NCBI GenBank assembly: GCA_951406725.2
Contig: OX597838.1
Coordinates: 25,234,001-25,298,000, forward strand
DNA from: Octopus vulgaris
Lineage: Eukaryota
Direction of reading: 5' to 3'
Length of the DNA: 64,000 nucleotides
The notes beneath the pieces are model-generated. The model did not search any database, was not told where the DNA came from, and worked only from the letters and a program-made list of their open reading frames with translations. Both the position numbers and the translations under genes were made by a program. This document shows, in pieces, positions 13,228-25,007 of this stretch. The number at the start of each line of letters is the position of its first letter. Position 1 is the stretch's first letter.

Positions 13228-13778
13228 CTGTAATGAATAAACAATTGAATCATCTCTCTGTAAAAATCAGTGACCATCATCATTATTATTTAATGCCTGT
13301 TTTTTGTTTTTTTTATGCTGACCTTGGCTGGGTGGTTTAACAGGAGCTGGCAAACCAGAGGACTGTGTCAGAGCTAGACTGTCTGCTTTGGCATGGTTAC
13401 TATGGCTAGATGTCCTTCTTAATGTCATACACTTTACAAAGTATACTGGTTGCTTTTTATGTGGCATCAACACCAATGAAATCTTCAAGTAATGTGCAAG
13501 ATAAGACCCCTCAACTGAGGGAAGGACATCAAAATAAAAATCAAATGGAAACTGTAGTTAAGATACCCGTGCTGGTGACACGTAAAAAGCACCGTCTGAA
13601 CGTGGCTGATGTCAGCGCCACCTGACTGGTGTCAGTGACACGTAAAAAGCACCAATCAATCGTGGCCGTTTGCCAGCCCCCTCTTGCACTTGTGCTGGTA
13701 ACACATAAAGCACCCACTGCACTCATGGAGTGGTTGGTATTAGGAAGGGCATCCAGCTGTAGAAACACTGCCACATCA

Positions 13779-14066
<288 letters not shown>

Positions 14067-14157
14067 TTAAGAACATTCTACATTCAGACAAATTTACACT
14101 TGTGACTCAGCTAGTGACTAATAAGCCCAGCTCTTGATAAACATACACATACATATA

Positions 14158-14250
14158 CGAAGGGTGTATGAAAAGTCTTGAGCCTCAAAAAACCAAAACA
14201 TGGTACAAGACTTCAAGGCTGAAGGCTCAAAACTTTTCATACACACCTCG
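14158..14250. mobile_element. Tiny mariner-type MITE
   Basis: TA|cgaagggtgtatgaaaagt..acttttcatacacacctcg|tg; about 20-bp imperfect TIRs. Confidence 0.6.
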
Positions 14251-14260
14251 TGTGTATGTA

Positions 14261-14291
<31 letters not shown>

Positions 14292-15319
14292 CTGTAAATG
14301 TAATATGTGACAATTATTCAATAGCCTTAATTGTCACATATTACATTTACAGATAAATTCCTCTATTTACATAATATCAAGGTCTCTTTCATTCTTTTGT
14401 TGTCTTACCATTTCTATCAATATATATATACACACATACATATGTATATATATATAGATATATAAATCATCATTTAATGCTCATTTTGCATGCTGGCATG
14501 GGTTGGACAGTTTGACAAGAACTGGTAAGATTGGGAGTTGCACCAGGCTCCACTATCTGTTTTGGCATCGTTTCTATGGCTGGATACCCTTCCCACACAC
14601 ATATATTCATGTATATACACATACACACACACACAACTATACTCTACATGGCTAAGTCATTAGACCTGAATAATGGGGAGATTTCTTCAGTAGATGCTCA
14701 CATGATGACAAATTCATACCAGTCCACTGGAAAGTTCTGGCTACACCAGGGTAATACTTATACTAAGTTATATCACTTAGCACCATCCAATAAAAGTAGG
14801 CACAATGCATACAAATACACAATCTAAATGGACACTTCTGAAATCATAAAACTTCTCAAACTATTTTGCACACCTCTACAAAACCAAGATATTATCATCA
14901 TGAGTTAACATCCGTGTTCCATGCTTGCTGGTGTTGGAGGGTTCAACAGGATCTGACTAAAGGCTGTGTTGGTCTCCAGTATCTGCTTTGGAAAGGTTTC
15001 TATGACTGGATTCCCTTCTTAACACTATCCACTTTACAGAATGTACTGAGAGCTTTTTCCATGGCACCAACACTAGAGGGGTCACCAAGTAACTTGCAAG
15101 GCAAGACCCCTTGAGATACTGGGAGTGCAGTATTGAGGGAGGTGGTCTTGTGCCAGGTGTGGAGAAATTAGAACTTCCAAATTCTAATCAGATAGTGTGT
15201 AAACTTTACTTTGTCTGAAAAACAGATTTTCTGTAGCCACATTGCACAAATACACAAGTCACCACAAATTTCACATCTACATACACACATTTTCACACAA
15301 ACCCACCATGAACAAAACA

Positions 15320-15905
15320 TACCTTAAACAGCACACTGCATCTGATAAACTGATTTAACCCCTATCTTGCCCAGGACATCAATCGTCTGGAAGCTGTTCA
15401 GCGACGTGCAACCAAAAGAATACCCTCCATCAGGCATTTGCCATATCCTGAACGCCTTACTTCCTTGGGCATGGACACATTGAAACTCCGACGTCTGGCA
15501 GCTGACTTGGCAGACGCCCATAAAATTATCAACCATCGCACAAGCAATAACTCTGAGCACCTCTTCAAACTCCACCCATCTAACACCCGTGGACATATTT
15601 ACAAAGTAAGAAAACAGCACAGCTCCCATGACTTCAGGAAACATTTTTTCACGCTGAGAGTTGCTGAAGCGTGGAACAAACTGCCGGCATCGGTTGTTAG
15701 TTGTCGGAGCACTGCATCCTTCAAAACTTCCATGCTTCCTGAGATTCGCCAACACTACACTTGATTTTCTCCCCTCCATACACACACAAGCATGTTCACT
15801 TTCCAGACATTTCTACATTACTGCATGTACTTTATATGCACTTTCTGACAAGTTGTGGTGCACCTGAGCACTGTATACAATAATTTCATTATATTATATT
15901 ATTAA
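15320..15905 (+). mobile_element. CR1-clade LINE 3' end, antisense in a C1orf50 intron
   Basis: LEAVQRRATK..YPERL..LKLRR..NTRGH..RKHFFTLRVAEAWNKLP, followed by a 3'UTR ending in (att)n. Confidence 0.85.
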
Positions 15906-16201
15906 CACCTTATAAGTTTTCTTTGAATTTTTTTTTTTTATATAGAAACTGAGGGTTGATCATAGAGATTATTTGACAAAATAGCAAATTATGATCCCTT
16001 TTTCATTTTCTATCCTTTCTTGATGTTTATTGTTTTACAACATTTTTTCAAGTGGCTGTATTTGTTGTGCCAAATCAAACAGTGCAAGTAATCTTGTATT
16101 CTATTTGCAGGGCAAAAACTAACCAATCCATGAAACTTGAGTAACAAGTCAGAATATCTTAAGTATTATATAACATGCTTCACCACACACACACAAGCAT
16201 G

Positions 16202-16881
<680 letters not shown>

Positions 16882-17985
16882 CTACATGTGATAATGATGT
16901 ACTTTGATAGGAATGGTAGTTTGGTAATTGTTTAGTCTTAGGACCAACATCTACACTAAACCACCTATTACATTAAAACATATATACAAGAAGTTGGTCA
17001 AATGATTAAAGAGCCTCCTTTGCAGTCATGAGGTCTTGGGTTAATCTTTAAACCATATAAGGCCATAACCATGCATGTATGTATATGGGCTTGTGTATAT
17101 CAAAGTTTGGTGTGAGGTTAAAACATATGAATTCTTCACATTCCAGTGAGGAGTAACACCAATGGGGGAGAGCCAACATATATATTTATGATGCAGCCAA
17201 CAATTTTGCAATAGTATACCTGTGCTCATAAGGGTAGGAACAAAAAAAACCTCACTTTTAAGACAAGGCTCTTGGGTGAAGGGAGTCCTTCAATACGAAT
17301 CTTTTCTCAGCCAAACAGAGCCATGCTCGGATGGTGCTTTTTACGTGCCACCGGCACGGAGGCCAGGTGAGGCTGGCAACGGCCACGATCGGATGGTGTT
17401 TGTTACGTGCCACTGGCACGGAGGCCAGTCAATGCGGCGCTGGCTACGGCCACATTCGGATGGTTCTCTTACGTGCCACCGGCACTGGTATCACAACTAC
17501 AAATTCCATTGATGTTGATCAATTTCGATTTTGATTTGATTTGTGGTCTTTAATTGCTAGAGAAATATCTTTCTTTGTTTGAACACCTGCCCTATCCTCA
17601 ATGCCTAATCTAAAAGCTACCTATTTTAGAACTAGATATAGCAATCTCAGGTGATGGTGAACTCTCTCATCACTTTGGTAAATGAGGGTTTAACAAGACA
17701 CAGCTACACAATGTTCTTCCAGGTCTGGGGAAAATAACCATCACCCTGAGGCCACACATATGCAGGGTCAAAGAGGAAGACTCCCAGAGGCGTCCTCTAC
17801 CTATCCCTCACCTCTTTCTCTATCGCAACTGGATTTACAAAGAAAGCATGATGGTGTGGCATTGATGCTGGTGTTTTGGTTGGCTGAACGACCAGCACGA
17901 TGAACATACAATATATTACAGTGGACATGGTTTGTACAAGTAGGGTGTGATCAAGCGGGTTAAAAATGGTTTGATGGTCACATAC

Positions 17986-18098
17986 CTTCTGTATTTGTTG
18001 AGCTAGGTTGACCAAGTCAACAGGAGATGACTTATGTGCATTGTGAGAATTGACCAACTGGACACCACCAGGGGCACCGCTTCGCTCAACAAGCTGCA
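17986..18098 (-). CDS. C1orf50: C1orf50/DUF2452-like, exon 2
   Basis: ttccag| VQLVERSGAPGGVQLVNS..PVDLVNLAQQIQK |gtatg. Confidence 0.85.
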
Positions 18099-18394
18099 CT
18101 GGAAGAGAAACGATATTGTGTAATGGGAGTAACCACCATGAGCTATGAATTAAATATGTACAAGAAATCATAGCTGCATGTCTAACAAACATTTAATCTC
18201 ACTGGATACAGGGAAACCACCCCCCGCCATAGTTACTCCCTCCACAAGGCTTCCAGCAGCTTAGCATGAAGAACAAACAAAAGAGGTAAACTGCTGAAAG
18301 AAAATAGCATAAAGATACTAAGATAAACAGCAACAATGGTTTCAAATTTTGGCACAAAGCTGATAATTTTAGAGGGAGGGGGTTAGTCGATACC

Positions 18395-18617
18395 TATTTC
18401 TTTATTGCCCACAAGGGGCTAAACATAGAGGGGACAGACAAAGGGATTAAGTCGATTACATCGACCCCAGTGTGCAACTGGTGCTTTATTTATCGACCCT
18501 GAAAGGATGAAAGGCAAAGTCGACCTCGGCGGAATTTGAACTCAGAACGTAACGACAGACCAAATACTGCTAAGCATTTCGCCCGGTGCGCTAACGTGTC
18601 TGCCAGCTCGCCGCCTT
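18395..18617 (-). mobile_element. tRNA-derived SINE family B (Meta/Sauria-type core)
   Basis: Minus strand reads ggcggcgagctggcag..gagttcaaattcc..gcctttcatcctttcagggtcgataaa. Copies near 1660-1815, 5625-5850, 19245-19610, 22860-23065, 40720-40935 and 53635-53845. The Meta-domain assignment is from recalled similarity. Confidence 0.7.
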
Positions 18618-18879
18618 AGTTGATACCACCAATCTCCAGTATTTGACTGGTACTTCTTTTACTGAGCCCAAAAAGAATGCAAACTGAAATTGACACTGGC
18701 AGTATTTGAGTTCAGAATATAAAGAGTTGGAAGAAATGTCCAATTTTCTTATGCACCAAGTTTGACAGTCGTTGACTCTGATGTTTTATCCTGACAATTC
18801 TTTGCTTTACAACATTGTAGAGTTACATCATCACTTTTCGAAATGCAATTCATGGTGTCTGATTAAATTGTGAGTTTTC

Positions 18880-19245
18880 TCTTGTAAATCAATTTTTGTA
18901 AACGCATGGATAGATCAAGAACTTTGTGTTGTTTATGAATGAGTTCCATCGTGGAACCAATGCATCCCAGACAGCTCGAAACATCAATGAGGTGTTTGGT
19001 GAAGGTGTGATGAATGAGTGCACTGTACGTTGACGTTTTGAGAAGTTCCAGTATGGTGACTTTACTCTTGAAAATCAGCCTAGTGATAGACCTGAGACCA
19101 AGGTGGATAATGATGAACTGGAAACAGTAATGGAAGCGGATACATCCCAAACTATGCCTGAGTTAGCAATAAGGTTTGATGTTTCGATTCTAACTGTATT
19201 GGACCATCTGAAACAAATTGAAGAAGCTGGACAAGTGGGTACCGT
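18880..19245 (+). mobile_element. Mariner transposase N-terminal fragment (pseudogenised)
   Basis: TARNINEVFGEG..RFEKFQYGDFTLENQP..VDNDELETVMEADTSQTMPELAIRFDVS..TVLDHLKQI, resembling a mariner HTH region. Confidence 0.75.
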
Positions 19246-20649
19246 ACAAAGGCCTGAAATTTCTTGGAAGGGGACTAGTCGATTACATTGATCCCAGTAT
19301 TTCACTGGTACTTAATTTATTGACCGTAAAAGGATGAAAGGCAAAGTTGATTTCAATGGAATCTGAACTCAGAACGTAGCAGCAAACAAAATACTGTTAA
19401 GCATTTTGCCCGGAATGCTAACGATTCTGCCAGCTCGCCGCCTTAATAATAATAATAATCCTTTCTACTATAGGCACAAGGCCTGAAATTTGGTGGGAGG
19501 GGGCCAGTCGATTAGACCAACCTCAATACACAACTGGTACTTAATTTATCGACCTCGAAAGAGTGAAAGGCAAAGTCGACCTCGGCGGAATTTGAACTCA
19601 GAACGTAGCAGAAGACTGCCAGCCATACAGCATGTGTTCTTTTATTTCTTGTAGAAGGGACAAGTTCCACGAGTCAGGATGTCTGTCCACAACAAGGGAT
19701 TTGGGCTTTGGGATGAAACCTGGCTGACGATGAGCAGCCATGTGATGAGGATAACACCTGTAGAAGTTCCTACATGGCAACACAGAACCAATGTGCCTGA
19801 GGACCATGTGACATCATCACCGTCATCATCATTTAATGTCCATGTTCCATGCAGGCATGGGTTGGACAGTCTAACAGGATCCAATGGGGTCCAAGGACTG
19901 CATGGTGAAGACGCATGGCTTAGTGGTTAGGATATTGGACTAGTGATTGTAAGATTGTGATTTCGATTCCTGGACCAGGTAATTGATTGTCTTCTTGAGC
20001 AAGTCACTTCATTTCACATTGCTCCAATCCACTCAGCTGACAAAAGTGAGTAACCCTGCAAAAGACTAGCATCTCGTCCAGGTGGGGAATATATACGCCT
20101 TGAAACTAGGAATCCAATTATGAATCCTTATGACTCGAGAGGGTAACTTTACCTTCGTCTTTTAAGGATTCGAAGGGGTACTCCAGAGTCTGCTTTGGCA
20201 GGGTTTCTATACTTAGATGCTCTTTCTAACACAAACCACTTTATAGTGTGTACTAGGTGCTTTTGCTGATGCCAAGGGCACGGGTGAGGTCACCATGCAG
20301 CGTGAAAAATTATGAAACCCAGGAGGGAAGGGGACTTTATGCTAGCACATGAGAGTTAAAGTATGAGAAAAGGGAGTGGAGCAGAACAGGTTCTCATTGT
20401 AGGGGAGCTATATGGCTACTCTCATTTAGGGGTGAGAGAGAAACTCGACGATTTTGTGAAAAATAGAAGATAACAAAAACAAAACAACTAACATTATTAT
20501 ATAATTCTACAACTATATAACTATAATTATACAGTTGTTATCAGGTGTGTTTATTGACCTACTTCAACTATGTGTGTGTGTGTGTAATGTACTTGTAAAA
20601 TAACTATCCTTACTATCTCAGTTACAAAGACATTGTGCTGACATAATCA

Positions 20650-21090
20650 TCATCATCACCATCATCATCGGTTAACGTCCGCTTTCCATGCTAGCATGGG
20701 TTGGATGGTTCAACTGGGGTCTGGGAAGCCCAAAGGCTGCACCAGGCCAGTCAGATCTGGCAGTGTTTCTACAGCTGGATGCCCTTCCTAACGCCAACCA
20801 CTCCAAGAGTGTAGTGGGTGATTTTATGTGCCACCGACACAGGTGCCAGACGAGGCTGGTGAATGGCCATGCTCGGATGGTATTTTTTTTATGTGCCACC
20901 GACACAGGTGCCAGACGAGGCTGGCGAACGGCCATGATCGGATGGTGTTTGTTACGTGCCCACAGCACAGAGGCCAGTCGATGCAGTACTGGCTACGGCC
21001 ACGTTCGGATGGTTTTCTTATGTGCCACCAGCACTGGTACCACAAGGATACAAATTCCATTGATGTTCATCGATTTTGATTTGGTTTGAT
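20650..21090 (-). mobile_element. 5'-truncated RTE 3'UTR copy with internal tandem subrepeats
   Basis: (cat)n tail, tttccatgctagcatgggttgg and ggatgcccttcctaacgccaacc. About 15 related copies, e.g. 10460-10800, 13560-13780, 17320-17540, 27330-27710, 32000-32300, 45140-46180, 52140-52745, 53870-54440. Confidence 0.7.
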
Positions 21091-21151
21091 TTTATAATTA
21101 TTATTATGACCGTCTGTCAGGATGTAAAGAACTGAATATGAATACATATGC

Positions 21152-21490
21152 ATGAAGGCACATAGCTCAGTGGTTAGAGTGTCGGGCTCACGACTATGAG
21201 GTAGTGAGTTCAATCCCTGGGCCGGGCTGTGTGTTGTGTTCTTGAGCAAGACACTTTATTTCATGTTGCTCCAGCTCACTCAGCTGTAGAAATGAGTTGC
21301 AACGTCACTGGTGCCAAGCTGTATCGACCCCTTTGCTTTTCCCTTGGATAACATCAGTGGTGGGGTGAGGAGAGGCTGGAATGCATGGATAACTTACTGG
21401 TCTTCTATAATTGTCTGGACTTGTACCTTGGAGAGGAGCTTTCTAGGTGCAATCCTATGGTTATTCATGACCGAAGGGGTTCTTTATATA
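21152..21490 (+). mobile_element. tRNA-derived SINE family D
   Basis: Head tagctcagtggttagag..gagttcaatcc, body gtgttcttgagcaagacacttt. Copies at 62318-62645, 19905-20160 and 5270-5505 (-). Confidence 0.75.
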
Positions 21491-22415
21491 CATTTTGAGA
21501 TCACTATGCAGTTCACAAGACTATGAGCTATGGGGGGAAGTATGTGAGGGGATGAACACCTTGCTCGGGGATGAAGGGGTTACTATGGTGGCAGGGTGGA
21601 GCAGAGCAGGTTCCTGCGGAGGGATCTGCATGGCTACTTACGTTTGATAAGGGGAAAAGAGCAAAGAGAGAAAAAGAGAAAATTATCTATAGGAACTGCA
21701 AGACATAGATAATAGCATGTGATTGAGCATGTTCTAGCCTTGACCTCACCTTCTGATAGTAAGAAATTGAGCATCCACGGGTTTACATTCTTCAATGTAA
21801 CCTTTCTTTGGCAGAAGGCACTCAAATGTGATTTAAATAGAGATTTGGTTGCTACTTCTAGCAGGTCGAACGACCTCGTAGCAAGCTTCCCTTTTAGATT
21901 CATTGGTGTGTGTGTGTGTGAGGTAAATAAGTTTTGTAATAACTTAATGAACCGCCCCTCCATTTCAATATGTTGTTTTACGTAAATAGAGCGAAAAGTA
22001 AACAAATCAACGAAAGGGATGAAGCTGCTACATGGTCCCTCGATCTGCTAGAAATAGCAGCCAAATGCTTCTCGAGCAATACTCTATTGTCTAAAATAAA
22101 TGAAGGACACAATGGAGCAATTTTGTCCTAGATATATACAGAGTCTGGACAACAGATGGGATGGTCAAAGATGGAACGCCTTTGGTCACAGGTTTCCTGT
22201 ATCAGGGCTGAGCTGAGGCTAAACTACAAGGAAAGACATAATTTTGTAGTTGATAGACTGTATCGAAGGAAAGGAGGGGTGGTCGTAGCTGGAACGCCTT
22301 TGATGACAGGTGTCACCTTGTATCAGAATCGACCTAGGGATAAAGAACAACAAAAAAAAGACACATTGGATATCATTTTGTACTGAATCTGAATAAGCAG
22401 AAGGGTCGTAGATTG

Positions 22416-23756
22416 GGCATTCCTACACATGTGTGCCCCACCGAATTTGTTTCCTCGTAACTCCCAGAAAAATGAATATTTTTAAATGAAATTTTCTACA
22501 AATTTGCTTCAGATGGTGTAGATCCTGATGACAACGGCACATGTGATGAAAAGATTTTTTTTTTTTCTGAGAGTAAGGTGAGGAGTTTCGGAAAATTCGC
22601 ACGTGACGGCTTTCTTTACTTAAATAACTTCCAGAAAAATGGATAATTTCCAAACAAATTTTCTCTAAACACCTTTCATAGTGTGGAGATAACGATTAAA
22701 CTGGAATTTAATATGAAAAAAATAAAATTGGACGGCTAGTACACATACATACTCACACGCATCACATATACCTACAAAAATTTTTCGATTGTGCTGTGTA
22801 TCATTATATATATATGTGTGCGTGCTCACTATTTTCCTTTTCACATCAAATTATATATATTTCGTTATTACCCACAAGGGGCTAAACATAGAGGGGACAA
22901 ACAAGTACAGACAAACGGATTAAGTCGATTACATCGACCCCAGTGCGTAACTGGTACTTTATTTATCGACCCCGAAAGGATGAAAAAAGCAAAGTCGACC
23001 TCGGCGGAATTTGAACTCAGAACGTAACGGCAGACGGAATACGGCTACGCATTTCGCCCGGCGTTGCACTTTACACGCTTTGAAAAAGTATTCTTAGAAA
23101 ATTTCATTAAAAAATACCCATTTTTGTTAAAGTTATGAGGAAACAAAGCTAACTCGTGTGAATTTTCCGAAACTCCTCTTCCCACCTATAATTTTTTTTT
23201 TTTTTTTTTCACAAATTCCGATATAATCAGAATCGGCAATCTTTCGTCTCTAGTAGACCTTTCCGTCGATTTCCGTAAAAATTTTTTTTTTTTTACATAT
23301 AGGCTTGCGGGAACTTTTGAAGTAATGAGAGCGAAAGAGACTAAGAGAAAGCGATTGTATGATGAGGGAAGTTCTTTTGAAGTTACCGTGCATGTGAAGC
23401 ATTGATGTACATGTGTGTGTGTGTGTTTGATGGGGTGTGGGAGACAGACAGTATGTTGTGTAAGTGAAGTGCTTCTGTTAGTATGTGTGAAAGAAAGAGA
23501 TAACTGAAATTTTTTACTCGGTGTATGTGTATATGTATGTATATTACTTCAAAAGTTCCCGCAAGCCCATATGTAAAAAAAAAAATTTTTTTACGGAAAT
23601 CGACGGAAAGGTCTACTAGAGACGAAAGATCGCCTCAGAATCTACACCACCTGAAGCATACTTATTGAAAATTTCATTTTAAAATATCCATTTATCTGAA
23701 AGTTATGAGGAAATGAATTCGTGTGGGGGAGCGGGGGACTCATGTGTAGGTATGCC
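22416..23756. mobile_element. MITE with GGCAT..ATGCC termini carrying nested insertions
   Basis: TIRs ggcattcctacacatg / catgtgtaggtatgcc, flanks cgtagattg / cgtagatg. Related copies near 805-1630 and 56368-58060. Confidence 0.65.
23235..23634. mobile_element. Young 400-bp MITE, ~90-bp TIRs, perfect 8-bp TSD (Merlin-like)
   Basis: ggcaatctttcgtctctagtagacc..ggtctactagagacgaaagatcgcc, with TCAGAATC at 23227-23234 and 23635-23642. Confidence 0.85.
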
Positions 23757-23847
23757 CGTAGATGTAATGCCTTTGATAACAGGTGTCTCCTTGTATCAGC
23801 GCAGATCTGGGACGAAACAAACAAGGCATGGCACTTTGGATAATGTT

Positions 23848-24045
23848 GGGTGCTACTTAAGAAGAGTGGTCCCGGTGCGCGCACTCGTGCATCCCCGCTA
23901 TCTAGTCGTGACTAGTCGATCCTACAACGACTACCTAGCAAAGTAAATAAAACACAAAAACGCAAAGTAAGGATCGACTAGTCACGACTAGCTAGCACGG
24001 ATGCGCGAGTACGCGCACCGGGACCACTCTTCTTAAATAGTACCC
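23848..24045. mobile_element. CpG-rich 198-bp fold-back element, ~78-bp arms
   Basis: gggtgctacttaagaagagtggtcccggtgcgcg..cgcgcaccgggaccactcttcttaaatagtaccc. Confidence 0.75.
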
Positions 24046-24300
24046 TAAACAATAAGGCATGGTACTTTGGATAATGTTGTACGGTACTAGACTATTCTGT
24101 ACTGAATCTAAAGAAAAGGCGGGATAGTCGTGGCTGGAACGCCTTTGTATCATAGAGCCGAACTGGAGCTAAACAACATCATCAACAACTATATTTTTTT
24201 TCTTCTCCATTTCCAAATCGTAAATTAAATATCGTTAAATATTTCCTTAACATCAATCACTGAAAGAAAGAAAACAAACGATGACGGGAGAAAATGTTAC

Positions 24301-24343
24301 CTGTTACATCATTAACTTTGTTTGTTTCCTGCGTGAGAGCCAT
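24301..24343 (-). CDS. C1orf50: C1orf50/DUF2452-like, probable coding exon 1
   Basis: ATG GCT CTC..GTA ACA G|GTAAC gives MALTQETNKVNDVT. Phase 1 matches the next exon. Lies in a CpG-richer, promoter-like region. Confidence 0.6.
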
Positions 24344-24695
24344 AACGAGAATGTCATAGTATGGGACTAGGTAGATAGAAAATTAAACATGGAATGGCAG
24401 AAACGAAACGAAATAAAACAGTATCCGAATTACGTCTTTAGTTGCGTTGCAACCCTAAAGAAAAGATCAAAGCGAAGACTGAATATTTGATTAAATTATG
24501 TCGAAATTGCCCTTCTTGATGTTGTTTAGCCCTGTGTTAGCTTTGATTAAACAGATTTATGATCAAAGGCGTTCCAGCTGTGACTATCCTGGGTTAATTC
24601 TTATTTTACTAAACTTTTCAAGTGATTCAGGAGTAGAATGTAAAATCGAAACGAAAATGGCGAAACGACGACATGGTGAAAATAAGTTTGTTTAA

Positions 24696-24912
24696 CCCTT
24701 TAGTGTTCAGATTATTCTATCAAACAATGCTTATTGATTCACATTGATTTGAATTAATCATGCATTATCTCATATCTTCAAGATGTTGATGGTGTAATTA
24801 CTTAATGTAGAATAACATTGTAGGGTAGGTGTGAGAGCCTGGACCTGGTCAGTTTGAACATAAAACAGATTAACTATTTTGGCTGGATGTGGCCTGTTTA
24901 AATACTAAAGGG
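24696..24912. mobile_element. piggyBac-type MITE
   Basis: TTAA|ccctttagt..actaaaggg|TTAA. Related remnants near 10352-10895 and 47108. Confidence 0.7.
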
Positions 24913-24999
24913 TTAAAAATGCGATTCGTATTTTAATTTGTAAATGTATATACTGCGAACAAGAAAGGATTCATGTCATCTTGGTTGGCGTTTGTCAGA

Positions 25000-25007
25000 T
25001 GACGTCA
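25000..25007. promoter_or_regulatory. Perfect CRE palindrome TGACGTCA about 660 bp upstream of the C1orf50 ATG
   Basis: Exact 8-mer, inside a dispersed repeat also present at 48277-48452. Confidence 0.35.
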
